Shown piece by piece: positions 1 through 9,570 of a stretch of 49,649 nucleotides of DNA. Numbering within the stretch: position 1 is the stretch's first letter; each line of letters opens with the position of its first letter. The notes beneath the pieces were generated by a model. It saw only the letters and a program-made list of their open reading frames with translations. It made no database searches and was not told where the DNA came from. This DNA comes from Myxococcota bacterium (GTDB lineage Bacteria; Myxococcota_A; Bradymonadia; UBA4248), in assembly GCA_045643185.1 (NCBI GenBank), contig JAZUKH010000083.1, positions 1 to 49,649 of the forward strand, given 5' to 3'. Made by a program: the position numbers and the translations under genes.

Positions 1-211
1 AGACGGCATTCGGGAAAAAACCGCGGTGGTGGCGGCAGGGGGCGGGCCCATGTTCTAAGGGCGTACTGCGCCCAGCGCGCCACCTAGCGCCTCTCGGCAT
101 CCCCAACGACGTCAAAACCGCAATTCCGGTACGAAAACACGCAAAAAAAACCGTGGAAAAGCCAAGCAAGGCGTTAAAACCGCGAAAGCCGCAAAGACTC
201 GGCCTTCAGAA

Positions 212-1396
212 TTAATTGGCGGTAATGAGAGAATCCGCTGTTTGCCACAAGATCTTACCCTGGTGAGCTTCCTGAATATCGATAGCTGCATAGCCACTGA
301 GTTGGCGCCAAGTTTTTGAGCCTTCGACGAGGTTCCAGGCTGACAGATCTGGCTCAATGACGGCGAGTTGTTGAGCATTTTCAAAGCGAAAAGCGAGGAC
401 AAAACCGGGCACAGTGGGCACAAAACCGCCGATAGAGCGATAGGTGAGACCATTGAGAACGAGGCTTTGTGAAGGCGCTTCGCCACGCACGAGCCGAACG
501 ACGCGGGTCTGAGTTTCGGCATCTTGCCAGGCAAGCATGAATTGCTTGTGCCCAGCGGCCAAAGCGGGGCGAGTGGCAGTCGCGGTACCGAGTTCCATGA
601 TGTTTTGGGGCTCGTCAGAAAACGCGGCATAGAGTTTAGCCCCAGCAGTCCAGGTGATGAGCAGATCCTGGTCGAGGCGAGCCACATCGAAGGAACGGGG
701 TTGCACGTCGAAGGACCAAATGAACAGCGTCTGACGCGACCCATCGCCCAAAAACTGTTCGCAACGGATCTGTGACGGGGAGTGTCCCTGTTCTGCGTGT
801 GACAGCGTGCAAGCGACGTAATCTTCATCACCAGCGACGAGAGCGACCTGGTCGATGATTTGATCTGCAACGTTCAGCGCGATGGTCTTATCGACTTTCG
901 CAGCCGTGTCGACGACCACGAGCGACGCATTACGCGTATCGCCAGCGTAGATACCATCCGATATGGCATAGATGAACCGGTTATTCGTCGCGACCAGATC
1001 GTCGATGCGGGCACCGGATTGTGTGTCTGACTCGTAAAGTTGAACGAACTTAGCTTCGTTCGGATTCATTCGTTCTGTGATGTAGGCGCCGCCTTTGAAA
1101 CACACAGTGAGCTGAGTCTGAGTGCACCGCGTGATGTCGCGCACATCGCCCTGAAGCGCGACGCTAAAAAAGTCTGGTGTAGCGGCCGAACCAAACACCT
1201 GTGTCGGCAGGAGTTCATTCATTTGGAGGACGAACGGACCAGGTTCACCGGGCGGCAAAACCTGTTTAGGCGGCGGCGGCAACTCAGGCTCAACTTCGAC
1301 GATCTCGTCGGCGACCTCGGGCGAAACGCTCGTTTTGTTGCAACCAGAAACCAGCAAAACCAGGCTGATCAGCCAAAGGACACGGCGATTGTTCAT
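212..1396 (-). CDS. Hypothetical lipoprotein, probably beta-rich
   Basis: 394-aa ORF; basic N-terminus, hydrophobic stretch and lipobox LVSG-C; Pro-rich linker; no recognised catalytic motif. Confidence 0.8.
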   Translation of the reverse strand: MNNRRVLWLISLVLLVSGCNKTSVSPEVADEIVEVEPELPPPPKQVLPPGEPGPFVLQMNELLPTQVFGSAATPDFFSVALQGDVRDITRCTQTQLTVCFKGGAYITERMNPNEAKFVQLYESDTQSGARIDDLVATNNRFIYAISDGIYAGDTRNASLVVVDTAAKVDKTIALNVADQIIDQVALVAGDEDYVACTLSHAEQGHSPSQIRCEQFLGDGSRQTLFIWSFDVQPRSFDVARLDQDLLITWTAGAKLYAAFSDEPQNIMELGTATATRPALAAGHKQFMLAWQDAETQTRVVRLVRGEAPSQSLVLNGLTYRSIGGFVPTVPGFVLAFRFENAQQLAVIEPDLSAWNLVEGSKTWRQLSGYAAIDIQEAHQGKILWQTADSLITAN

Positions 1397-1603
1397 AATG
1401 TAACTCGAAATAACGATATGTGCTTCGGAATAAACACGTTAACTGGCAAAGACGAAGACGAGATCAATAAGCCATGGGACGCGAACGAATGCCCGACTGA
1501 ACCTAATCGCCCCGGCCAAACACTCACCACGTAAGGCGAAGGGACGCAACCGAGTCCCGTATGATCCATTCACCCCGAATTAAATGAACCTAACAAGGCG
1601 AAG

Positions 1604-1719
1604 GGCCCTGCCAGGCGAAGGGGTAGCGGCGTATTTCGTATTTCTGTAGAGACGTGTGGTCCACAAGTCTCTACAGAAATACGAAATAGCCGCGTAGGGG
1701 GAGACTTCCCCCTTCCCAA
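1604..1719 (+). repeat. Family-1 intergenic hairpin element, copy A, with nested GTAG-type REP at 1646-1674
   Basis: GGCCCTGCCAGGCGAAGGGGTAGCGGCGTATT-[variable palindrome]-AATAGCCGCGTAGGGGGAGACTTCCCCC; same flanks at 11231, 13460 and 31334; internal 22-bp perfect inverted repeat. Confidence 0.92.
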
Positions 1720-1754
1720 GCGATCAAAGGGCGATCAAAAAAGCGCCGACAAGC

Positions 1755-2402
1755 TTAGCGACCGCTACGGAGGGCTTTCGAAAACCAACCGCCGGTGCGG
1801 CCGTCGATCTCAGCGGTGATCTGCTGGATCTGGAGTTCGATCTGCAAACGGGCCATGACATCGAGTTCGGAGTCGGTATCAACTTGAACCTGAAGCGCAC
1901 GACGTTTGAAATAGAGGTCGGAGATTTCTTTGATGAGTTTATTGCGGCTCGTCGCCGAGGAAGCCATGGCTTTGTAGACGTCCAACTGTTCTTTATTGAA
2001 CACGAGGCCGGAAAGTTCCCATTCGGCGTGGATCTTGTGCTGATCGTAATCCTGTTCCTCAATGTAATCGGTGTTGACAGTCTGAGTCAGGTTCTTGATG
2101 TCATCGGTACCGCCGTACGTGGTCTTGGTTTGAGGACGATCGGTGTCACGATAACGCCCCGTAAACTCGTAAGAGAGTTTTTTGGGAAGGGCTTTGGAAC
2201 CAGCCGCACGTTTGTACATGCTTTCGAGACGATCACCATTCAAGCCGGAGTAATCCAAAGCGGCATTGATCGTTTCGGCAGCGGTAGGTTCATTTTTGTA
2301 GTGCGCGAGAATCTCTGCAGAGGTCTCTTCCTGAGCGGAAGCAATCATCGGCGTTGCGATAAGACCAATACCGAGGGCAAAAGATACGAGGATGCGTTTC
2401 AT
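1755..2402 (-). CDS. Secreted protein, single TolC/OEP-repeat-like domain (tentative)
   Basis: Signal peptide (MKRILVSF...ASA-QE); GGAG 7 nt before the ATG at 2402 (ORF track starts at 2414); clear similarity to the C-terminal domain of 2453..4486. Confidence 0.8.
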   Translation of the reverse strand: MKRILVSFALGIGLIATPMIASAQEETSAEILAHYKNEPTAAETINAALDYSGLNGDRLESMYKRAAGSKALPKKLSYEFTGRYRDTDRPQTKTTYGGTDDIKNLTQTVNTDYIEEQDYDQHKIHAEWELSGLVFNKEQLDVYKAMASSATSRNKLIKEISDLYFKRRALQVQVDTDSELDVMARLQIELQIQQITAEIDGRTGGWFSKALRSGR

Positions 2403-2452
2403 GATGTTCTCCATGGAAGGTGATTCATTCGAATCACGAAAAATCGGTAAAA

Positions 2453-4486
2453 TTATATGAAATCTTTCGGCTTGAAGTAACCGCCGGTCATGTAATAGAG
2501 CTGAACTTCTAATTTTTCGATCTGCAGATCACGTTTGATATCGTTTTTGAGGTTTGGACGACGTTTAAGAGACTGCATTTGCAGTGCATGACGTTTATTG
2601 AACGCACGCGTGACCGCATAAATTATTTTTCGACGTTGAGTTTCCTGCTGAACGTAAAGTTGATCGAGCGTGATCTCTTGTTTGGTATACTCGTCGAAGT
2701 TGAGGTTCCAATGCGCCATGATCTGCCAATAACTGACAGTGCTGTGGTTCTGATTCCAAGTGGGCACGTCGGACCAGAAATCGTTATTTTTGAAAGTGAT
2801 GACGCGTTGAGCGCGATCGGTCACCTGCGGTTTATAGACGTAGTCAAATTTAACATCTGGCAGGACCATGGAGACCCACAAACGGCTTTTCCAGAGATTA
2901 TCGGAGCCCTGATCGAGTCCGTAGAGTCTGAGTGCCGCTTGAATAACGTCGCCTTCTGAGGGTTCCTGGGACCAAAGTCGTTTAAGGTAGTCGAGTTTAT
3001 CAGGATTGCTGAGTTTACCTCGGTTGCGGGCCGCGACCATGACGCCCTGATTCGTGACCATAATGGCGGCATTGGTGCGGTCTTTGGAAGGCGACAAAGT
3101 CATGTGACGCGTCAATTCGCCGAAAATGCCTTCATCGTGACAGAACCAGCCATGTTCGCCCAATTCGTAAACGGCGAGTTCCGTTCGCACGATGGGATGC
3201 GACGCGTCTTCGCCGGGTACGAGGTTGATCTGACGAAGCGGCTGAGTGCTGAACGGCATTCCGAGCACGCGTTCAAAACGAACGCCGTCAAAGAGATAAA
3301 GATTCGACTCCGTGATGAACATACTGTTATTCATCGCAGTCATGTCGAAGTCGACGATCATTTCACCAGAAAGCACGGGAATATTGAAAGCCTGGAGTTG
3401 TTTGCCTTCGACACTGTACGTATAAATGCCTTCGGTCGACCCGATTACGACTTCTCGATCACTGGTGACGAGAACTTTGAACACGGCACCGGGCACGGGC
3501 ACATCATTCCAGGTTTTACCAGCGTCCTCTGAGATCCTCAGCACGTTCAGACCACCGATAAAGAGCGATCTGCCATCCGGGCTCAACGCGCCTGCAAACA
3601 GCGGCTGACCATCTTGAGCCGTCAAAACGGGCTTCCATGACTTGCCTTTATCTTTGGTCATCAACAGAGCATCCGAGGTCACGGCATAGGTCGAATTCCC
3701 CTTATTGAAGAACTGCCAAGCCGCCTTGGTCTGGGCGAGCATATCGAGCGCAGCTTCCTCGGTCGCACCGAGCGACAGCAAAATGCGGTAACGATTGATA
3801 AGATCCTGATTATTCAATTCAGACAGGTCTTTATCGTCGTCCACTTCCTCTTCTTCCTGGTCGAGCGACGAAACAAGACCGTTATCATAAGCGACTGTGC
3901 TGAGGTCGAGCGAGATCTCGTAGTTTGAAAGCTCACTGATGTCATCGGTGTGCTTGGCACTCAGAATGTCATCATCGTCGAGCGTATCCATGATGGTCTC
4001 GGTAAAATCCGCTCCATAAACCGACTCAAGTTCATCCTCGATCAACGTGCGTTTTTTGTCGATGATCTCGCTGTCATCAAACGCGACATTCTCTCCTTTC
4101 GCCAAAGTCGGCACGTCTGAGCTCATCGAATACACGGGCATCCAAGTCTCACCAGCGTCGTTGCTGACCTGAATGAAGTCTACGCCACCGGCATAAAGCA
4201 CCTTTGTGCTTTGTGGATCTTCATACACTGTAATGACTTCGTCATTGAGATCGACAAAATCCTGAGTCCAGATCCAGGCACCTGTCGTCGAGTGGTCTTG
4301 AGACATTCGAGCCGAAAGTTGCTGAATATCAAAACCAGGCGCAGTCACAGCGGACGCCCCGTCATCGCCACTCATTGCAGCGTCTGCCATCTCCGGTTCC
4401 ATCATCGAATCCTGAGCGTACGCGCTGATTCCACAACAACAAATCATCAGCGACAGCAACCAACTTATCGGATTAGGGTGTTTCAT
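2453..4486 (-). CDS. Secreted BNR/Asp-box beta-propeller protein with C-terminal domain paralogous to 1755..2402
   Basis: Signal peptide ending AYA-QD; Asp-box motifs SNDAGETW, TKDKGKSW, SEDAGKTW; acidic insertion; C-terminal EP..I.AAL..GL...LP...W.L...TGG.F domain. Confidence 0.85.
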   Translation of the reverse strand: MKHPNPISWLLSLMICCCGISAYAQDSMMEPEMADAAMSGDDGASAVTAPGFDIQQLSARMSQDHSTTGAWIWTQDFVDLNDEVITVYEDPQSTKVLYAGGVDFIQVSNDAGETWMPVYSMSSDVPTLAKGENVAFDDSEIIDKKRTLIEDELESVYGADFTETIMDTLDDDDILSAKHTDDISELSNYEISLDLSTVAYDNGLVSSLDQEEEEVDDDKDLSELNNQDLINRYRILLSLGATEEAALDMLAQTKAAWQFFNKGNSTYAVTSDALLMTKDKGKSWKPVLTAQDGQPLFAGALSPDGRSLFIGGLNVLRISEDAGKTWNDVPVPGAVFKVLVTSDREVVIGSTEGIYTYSVEGKQLQAFNIPVLSGEMIVDFDMTAMNNSMFITESNLYLFDGVRFERVLGMPFSTQPLRQINLVPGEDASHPIVRTELAVYELGEHGWFCHDEGIFGELTRHMTLSPSKDRTNAAIMVTNQGVMVAARNRGKLSNPDKLDYLKRLWSQEPSEGDVIQAALRLYGLDQGSDNLWKSRLWVSMVLPDVKFDYVYKPQVTDRAQRVITFKNNDFWSDVPTWNQNHSTVSYWQIMAHWNLNFDEYTKQEITLDQLYVQQETQRRKIIYAVTRAFNKRHALQMQSLKRRPNLKNDIKRDLQIEKLEVQLYYMTGGYFKPKDFI

Positions 4487-4614
4487 GTATCTCTGTGCAC
4501 TCCGGATTAAGACTTTGCGTCAAGACTCGCAAATGAGCAATTTCACCCTAGACTTTACCACATGCGCCATCCTTTTCGTAGATTGTTTTTTGCCCCCTGC
4601 CTCAGTTTTTGAGC

Positions 4615-4658
4615 AAAAAAAACGACAAAATCGCCGTTTTCACGGCGATTTTTTCGTT
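4615..4658 (-). terminator. Intrinsic terminator after 4676..8131
   Basis: AAAATCGCCGT-TTTC-ACGGCGATTTT hairpin with flanking A/T runs, just past the stop codon. Confidence 0.65.
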
Positions 4659-4675
4659 GTTGAATCACTTAACCA

Positions 4676-7600
4676 CTAACCGCGTCGACGACGCAAAGGC
4701 ACGAGCCCGACGAGCGCCGTGAGCGCGATCCACCAGGGCGCATGCCCCGTGGGGGCTGACGGAATGGCACGACAGGAACCACCACGCGCGTCATGACCGA
4801 CAACCTCGTTCGAAGGCACTTCGTTTTCGATCGTGATCTCAATGTTATCCACATAAGCCTGAGAATCGTCAGTAAACATCACAGCTTCGAGGCGATAGTT
4901 GCCATCAGGCAGATAGGCATCCTGCGTCGCGTAGTCACCCTGAGACACGAGGCGGCAGTACCAGGTACCATCCGCACGCACCTTGGTCGTACACATGGCA
5001 GCAATCTCTTCAGCAGCCTTAGGATCTTGGTCTCTCAACGTGAGATTAACGACGTTATCTTTGATCTCACGCGATTCAGCCCAGGCTTCGCCTGAAACGA
5101 TAAGTCCTTCATAAGCATCGATCTTATCGCCATTCAACGGTGCCGTGATCGTCACGCGAGCATCATCCTGAGCAATGATCTTGATCGGATCACTCTGCTC
5201 GCTCGTGAGGTCACCATCGACCCACGTCGCGCGCAACGTGTATTCACCAGGCTGAATCGAATAAACAGGCATGCAGCTCCAATCGCCGTCAGGGTCCGCA
5301 TTCACCATGCAGAGCAAATGTGCCGTCGTATCGTCCTCTTTGTAGTACCAGACGTAGACATCCCCTTCGCCACTCGGCGAAACGCCCTTGATCAACGGCT
5401 GAAGCGTCGTCGTTTCGCCATCAGCCGGCGTCGTAATGATCGGCGCCTTCACTTCGACAGGCGGATCGACCGGTGGATCAACAGGTGGATCGACTGGCGG
5501 ATCAACAGGTGGATCAACAGGCGGTTTTTCGGCTTCAATGACGACCGTAACGATGCCTTCCGACACGTCGTTAGCCTCGTCGGTTACCGACACTTTGAAC
5601 TTGTAGGATCCCTCAGCCACGTTCTGATCCACCACGAACGCCGTGCTGGACGCAGTGACCGATGTCAAAATGCCGTTAAGTTGATCGACATTCTCCCAGT
5701 TGTAGCTCAACGCACTCGTCGCGCCGTCGGGATCATACGAGGCACTCGCGTCAAGAAACACGAGATCACCCGGTTTAGACATAATCAATTCCTGATCAAG
5801 TACCACGACCGGCGGTTCATTCTTCCAGGTCGAAGGACGAACGATGACACTGGCCGTAGCCGAGGCCGACGCCCCGTTCGGCGTCATCGCCGTAAACTTG
5901 ATCTCATACGTGACCGGTTTGGCGTCAGAATTCACATGCAACCACGTGGCCTGTTCAGTCGACGCCTCAAAATTCGCTGAGAACGACGGCGTGACTTTGG
6001 ACCAAGCAAACGTCATGTCATCGCCATCCGGATCATACGCTTCAGCAACGACGCGCACATCCATGCCTGCTTCGACCGTGAATGGGGAACCGACAATGTT
6101 GACGACAGGCGGCTCGTCGAACTTACAAACGCCAAGCTTGCACTCAGCTCCAGCCTGGCTGCAATCCGCATCGCTGTAGCACGCCACCATACAGGCTTTG
6201 TGATCCAGACTGCACTTGTAATCGCCACACGAAGTGGCGTCAGACAGACACTCACCCGCTTTGCACAAGGGAACATACAGGTTGTCATCTGAGCAACTGA
6301 TAACACCACAGGACGTGCCATCCGCCTTCGGAATGCCTTCGCACTGCGCGACCGGATCACACACCGCGCGTTCGTCTATACACGGGTTCGTATTCGAACC
6401 AGTCTTGCAGACGAACGGCTGGAAATCAAAGTTATCCTTGTTGGGATCACAAACCAGACAACGGTTATCCGCCGAAATTTCGCCTTCGTCATAGCAGACT
6501 TCGTTGACCAGGCACTTGTCAGCCGTATAACACGGCGTACTACGCGAATAGAAGACCTCCACTCGGCCTGCCGACGCTTTCGACAGATCAAATTGCCCCG
6601 GCGAGCCAATGATCAGGTCATCCCAACCCGAACCATCGAGCTGAGCAGTTAAAATACTCGCCCCGTGATTCCCCGAACTATGCATATCACTGTGATGCCA
6701 ATATGGGGCTTTGCTAAATATCGTGCCATCTTTCGTCCCAAGATAGACGTACAACTGACCTTTTTCGCGTGGCGACGCATTAAAATCACCAGCCGCAGCA
6801 ACGACCAGGTCATCCACACCATCATGGTTCATATCGGTAACGACGACATTGGAACCAAAGTGACTATTCTTATCGCCATTCGTGATCTCAAGGTCACCAA
6901 CCTTTTCAAAAGGCTTACCAGCCCCCTCATTGATGAAAGAACGCACACGACCAGCATACAAATGCGGTTTGCCATCAACAAGCTGAACGCCGCTGTAATT
7001 CGGCGCCCCGACCAACAGATCGAGTCTGCCATCGCCATTCAGGTCTTTGAAAGCGACGCTTGTGATCATTTCCCCCATCTGGCTTGAATCAACCAGGCTC
7101 TGTTCACCGATCAACGGGTCGCGCGATTGAACGAGCTGGCCCAAATCTTTGTCATATTGGAAAAAGTAGAGCGCACCTTCCCCCTTGTCGCTGTAAATCT
7201 CCGAATCGACCACATAGCCAGGTGCCGTCACGACAATCTCTTTTGAACCGTCACCATTAAGATCGGCAACATACAGACGGCGACCAAACTGGGTCGCATA
7301 TAAGTCCGCAGACGTATCCAGCATAACATGGGTATCCGACGGAAGTTCCCCAGCTTTTTCAGGGCTGGCCACATTCATAAAATGTTTACAAATGTCAAAC
7401 GCTACGTGCACACCGCGCTGCGTCGGGCCTTCGAATGCCGAATAGATCAGGTCCATCCTACCATCGCCATCCACATCCGCCATCGTCATGGCCTGACCAA
7501 CACGCATCTTCGACGTCGAGCTCAACAAGGTCGCGTAGGGTACCACCTTGCTCTCATCGCCCTCCAATGAGTACCCAAATGCGATCACGCCGCCGGCACT

Positions 7601-8131
7601 CTTTATCGTACCATTGTCCACGGTTGGCGCAGACGCGATGACCAAGTCACTTATACGCGCATTGCCACCTAGCCCCGGACAATAATCGCCAGAGATCACA
7701 CTACGACCAAAAGAATTCTTGCCTGTACTTTCTGACAGCGAAACATACAGAGAAGGCACTGCGTCCATGCCATCGTCATGCACAAAATAGCCGTAAACAC
7801 CGCCCACGACCTTGTTATCCGTCGAATTGTCGTTGACAGCCCCCCCCTGACCGACCCACAAGATCTTTGACGCCTTCGCGCTCTTCACATTCGCCAGGGT
7901 CATCGATAAGCCATAGTAACCATTCGAAATGATATCCGAATCGTTCACGCCTTTAAGCGAAGTCGAATCTTCAGCACTGACCAGCCATGGACTGCCTTCC
8001 GCACTGCCAAAGATCGCGTGCGTCTGAACAGCTAGATCCAGATTCTGGTCATCATCCACGCCATTTCCGTCCGAACATCCAGCCATGACGGCAAGCGCAA
8101 GACAAATATTCAAAAGGTTGACTCTTTTCAT
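4676..8131 (-). CDS. Large surface protein: FG-GAP (integrin-alpha-like) repeats, Cys-rich region, PKD/Ig-like domains, MYXO-CTERM-like tail
   Basis: Lipobox-like MAG-C; repeated D(V/L/M)xGDGxxDL and G(A/S)P motifs; DASASYDPDG PKD-like motifs; AP.IT.P Ig-like starts; C-terminal GGSC-linker-hydrophobic helix-RRRRG. Confidence 0.88.
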   Translation of the reverse strand: MKRVNLLNICLALAVMAGCSDGNGVDDDQNLDLAVQTHAIFGSAEGSPWLVSAEDSTSLKGVNDSDIISNGYYGLSMTLANVKSAKASKILWVGQGGAVNDNSTDNKVVGGVYGYFVHDDGMDAVPSLYVSLSESTGKNSFGRSVISGDYCPGLGGNARISDLVIASAPTVDNGTIKSAGGVIAFGYSLEGDESKVVPYATLLSSTSKMRVGQAMTMADVDGDGRMDLIYSAFEGPTQRGVHVAFDICKHFMNVASPEKAGELPSDTHVMLDTSADLYATQFGRRLYVADLNGDGSKEIVVTAPGYVVDSEIYSDKGEGALYFFQYDKDLGQLVQSRDPLIGEQSLVDSSQMGEMITSVAFKDLNGDGRLDLLVGAPNYSGVQLVDGKPHLYAGRVRSFINEGAGKPFEKVGDLEITNGDKNSHFGSNVVVTDMNHDGVDDLVVAAAGDFNASPREKGQLYVYLGTKDGTIFSKAPYWHHSDMHSSGNHGASILTAQLDGSGWDDLIIGSPGQFDLSKASAGRVEVFYSRSTPCYTADKCLVNEVCYDEGEISADNRCLVCDPNKDNFDFQPFVCKTGSNTNPCIDERAVCDPVAQCEGIPKADGTSCGVISCSDDNLYVPLCKAGECLSDATSCGDYKCSLDHKACMVACYSDADCSQAGAECKLGVCKFDEPPVVNIVGSPFTVEAGMDVRVVAEAYDPDGDDMTFAWSKVTPSFSANFEASTEQATWLHVNSDAKPVTYEIKFTAMTPNGASASATASVIVRPSTWKNEPPVVVLDQELIMSKPGDLVFLDASASYDPDGATSALSYNWENVDQLNGILTSVTASSTAFVVDQNVAEGSYKFKVSVTDEANDVSEGIVTVVIEAEKPPVDPPVDPPVDPPVDPPVDPPVEVKAPIITTPADGETTTLQPLIKGVSPSGEGDVYVWYYKEDDTTAHLLCMVNADPDGDWSCMPVYSIQPGEYTLRATWVDGDLTSEQSDPIKIIAQDDARVTITAPLNGDKIDAYEGLIVSGEAWAESREIKDNVVNLTLRDQDPKAAEEIAAMCTTKVRADGTWYCRLVSQGDYATQDAYLPDGNYRLEAVMFTDDSQAYVDNIEITIENEVPSNEVVGHDARGGSCRAIPSAPTGHAPWWIALTALVGLVPLRRRRG
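5453..5524 (-). repeat. In-frame 12-bp tandem repeat, (PPVD)5-PPVE linker
   Basis: Six units visible in DNA and protein, with synonymous divergence. Confidence 0.9.
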
Positions 8132-8279
8132 ACAAACTGTTCCTCGTTTTTACCCCTCAAGGAGGGTACTATACTTTGACAGTCTAGCATTTTGCATCAC
8201 GACATTGCAAAAACGAGCGGATTTTTTTAACCGAAACAGGTGATATCTCAGACGCGGAAGCTTTGTCTGGTCATAAATT

Positions 8280-8387
8280 CAAAATCTCAACCGTAGCGAA
8301 GCCGAAGGCAAGCAGGCTGAGATTGGGCGAGCAGGCGCGATTTGTTCAAAGCCGAAGGGTAGCGACGTAACGTGGTACGTCGTCGCG
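8280..8387 (+). repeat. Family-2 intergenic element, copy 1 (108 bp)
   Basis: Inverted copy at 40993-41100 with 8 substitutions by manual alignment; AATCTCARCC...GGCTGAGATT stem enclosing GCCGAAGGC. Confidence 0.9.
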
Positions 8388-8388
8388 T

Positions 8389-9570
8389 CTAATTGTTGAT
8401 GACCGTCACGACGACTGGAATCGTCAACTTGCTTTTTCCACGTTTGACCTTGACCTTCACGGTATCACCCGGTTTGTACATATCCAACGCATTGTAGAGC
8501 GTATCGTAGTTTTTGACCGGCTTGTCATCGATACCAATGATGATGTCGTTGATAAAAATGCCGTTCTGCGACTGAGTCAGTCCCTGCAAACCGGCTTTTT
8601 CAGCGGGCGACCCCTTGCCGACCGACTGAATGATGACGCCATTCACGCCGTTTTGACGCGCGATCTGGTCGCTGACGACGCTAATGCCGATCCCGATCTG
8701 TTCCGCATGACCGGTTTTGATGATCTGCGGCACAACGCGCTTGATAAACGTGTACGGAATGGCAAACCCAAGACCTGCCGAGGCGCCGGATTCCGAAACG
8801 AGCATGGTGTTCATGCCAATGAGCTGAGCGCTTGAGTCGAGCAGCGGGCCGCCCGAGTTGCCCTGGTTGATCGCCGCGTCGGTCTGAACGATGTCACGAA
8901 TCTTAACGCCACCGACACCAAGCATCTCGCGGCCAAGTGCCGACACAATGCCGGACGTCATCGTGTGGTCAAAACCAAGCGGATTCCCGATCGCCACTGC
9001 TTTTTGACCAACCTGAAGCTGATAGCCCTCTCCCGGAACGCGAATGGGCGTCAACTCACTGGCAGGCGCCTCGATCTTAATGACCGCGATGTCCTTTTTG
9101 GGCTCGACGCCCACAACTTTCGCGTCATACGTCTTTTTGTTGAACAACGTGACCGTAAGGCTCGACGCATCGCGGATCACGTGATAGTTCGTCACAATGT
9201 GGCCCTGCTTGTCCCACACGAAGCCAGACCCAGCGCCGGCATCGACTTCCGTCGTACGAGCCGGTTCAAACGACCAAAATCCGCCACCCGTGCGAATCTT
9301 TTGACGTTGCGTCACAAAAACCGTCGCCGGTGCCGCTTCGGCAAAAATGTCGATCGAATTCAACTCATCTTCGGTCGGGTGAAGGTGCGTGCGTCGACCT
9401 GACTTCACGGCATAGCCCTGACCAAAATTCGGGCCCTGATCCGTCACATATTGCGCCAAAATCACTGAATCGGACGCAGCACCTCCCTCGTCTGACCATT
9501 CAGACGGCTGAGACGAGCTACATCCGGCCAACATCCATACCAAGAATACAAAAAATAAGTGCTTTTTCAT
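8389..9570 (-). CDS. HtrA/DegP-family serine protease (trypsin + PDZ), lipoprotein
   Basis: GSGF, VTNYHV, DIAV, QTDAAINQGNSGGPL motifs; C-terminal PDZ (GSPAEKAGL); lipobox LAG-C; ATG at 9570 overlaps the upstream stop (ATGA). Confidence 0.93.
   Translation of the reverse strand: MKKHLFFVFLVWMLAGCSSSQPSEWSDEGGAASDSVILAQYVTDQGPNFGQGYAVKSGRRTHLHPTEDELNSIDIFAEAAPATVFVTQRQKIRTGGGFWSFEPARTTEVDAGAGSGFVWDKQGHIVTNYHVIRDASSLTVTLFNKKTYDAKVVGVEPKKDIAVIKIEAPASELTPIRVPGEGYQLQVGQKAVAIGNPLGFDHTMTSGIVSALGREMLGVGGVKIRDIVQTDAAINQGNSGGPLLDSSAQLIGMNTMLVSESGASAGLGFAIPYTFIKRVVPQIIKTGHAEQIGIGISVVSDQIARQNGVNGVIIQSVGKGSPAEKAGLQGLTQSQNGIFINDIIIGIDDKPVKNYDTLYNALDMYKPGDTVKVKVKRGKSKLTIPVVVTVINN

Noticed and set aside
1-210. 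ncRNA or repeat in the GC-rich window start
   Set aside because: Short hairpins only, no second copy found and no recognisable family; context is truncated.
1604-1719. HDV-like or other self-cleaving ribozyme (GGCGAA motif)
   Set aside because: I could not build the nested double pseudoknot, or a hammerhead core, on either strand by hand; cmscan would be needed to exclude it formally.
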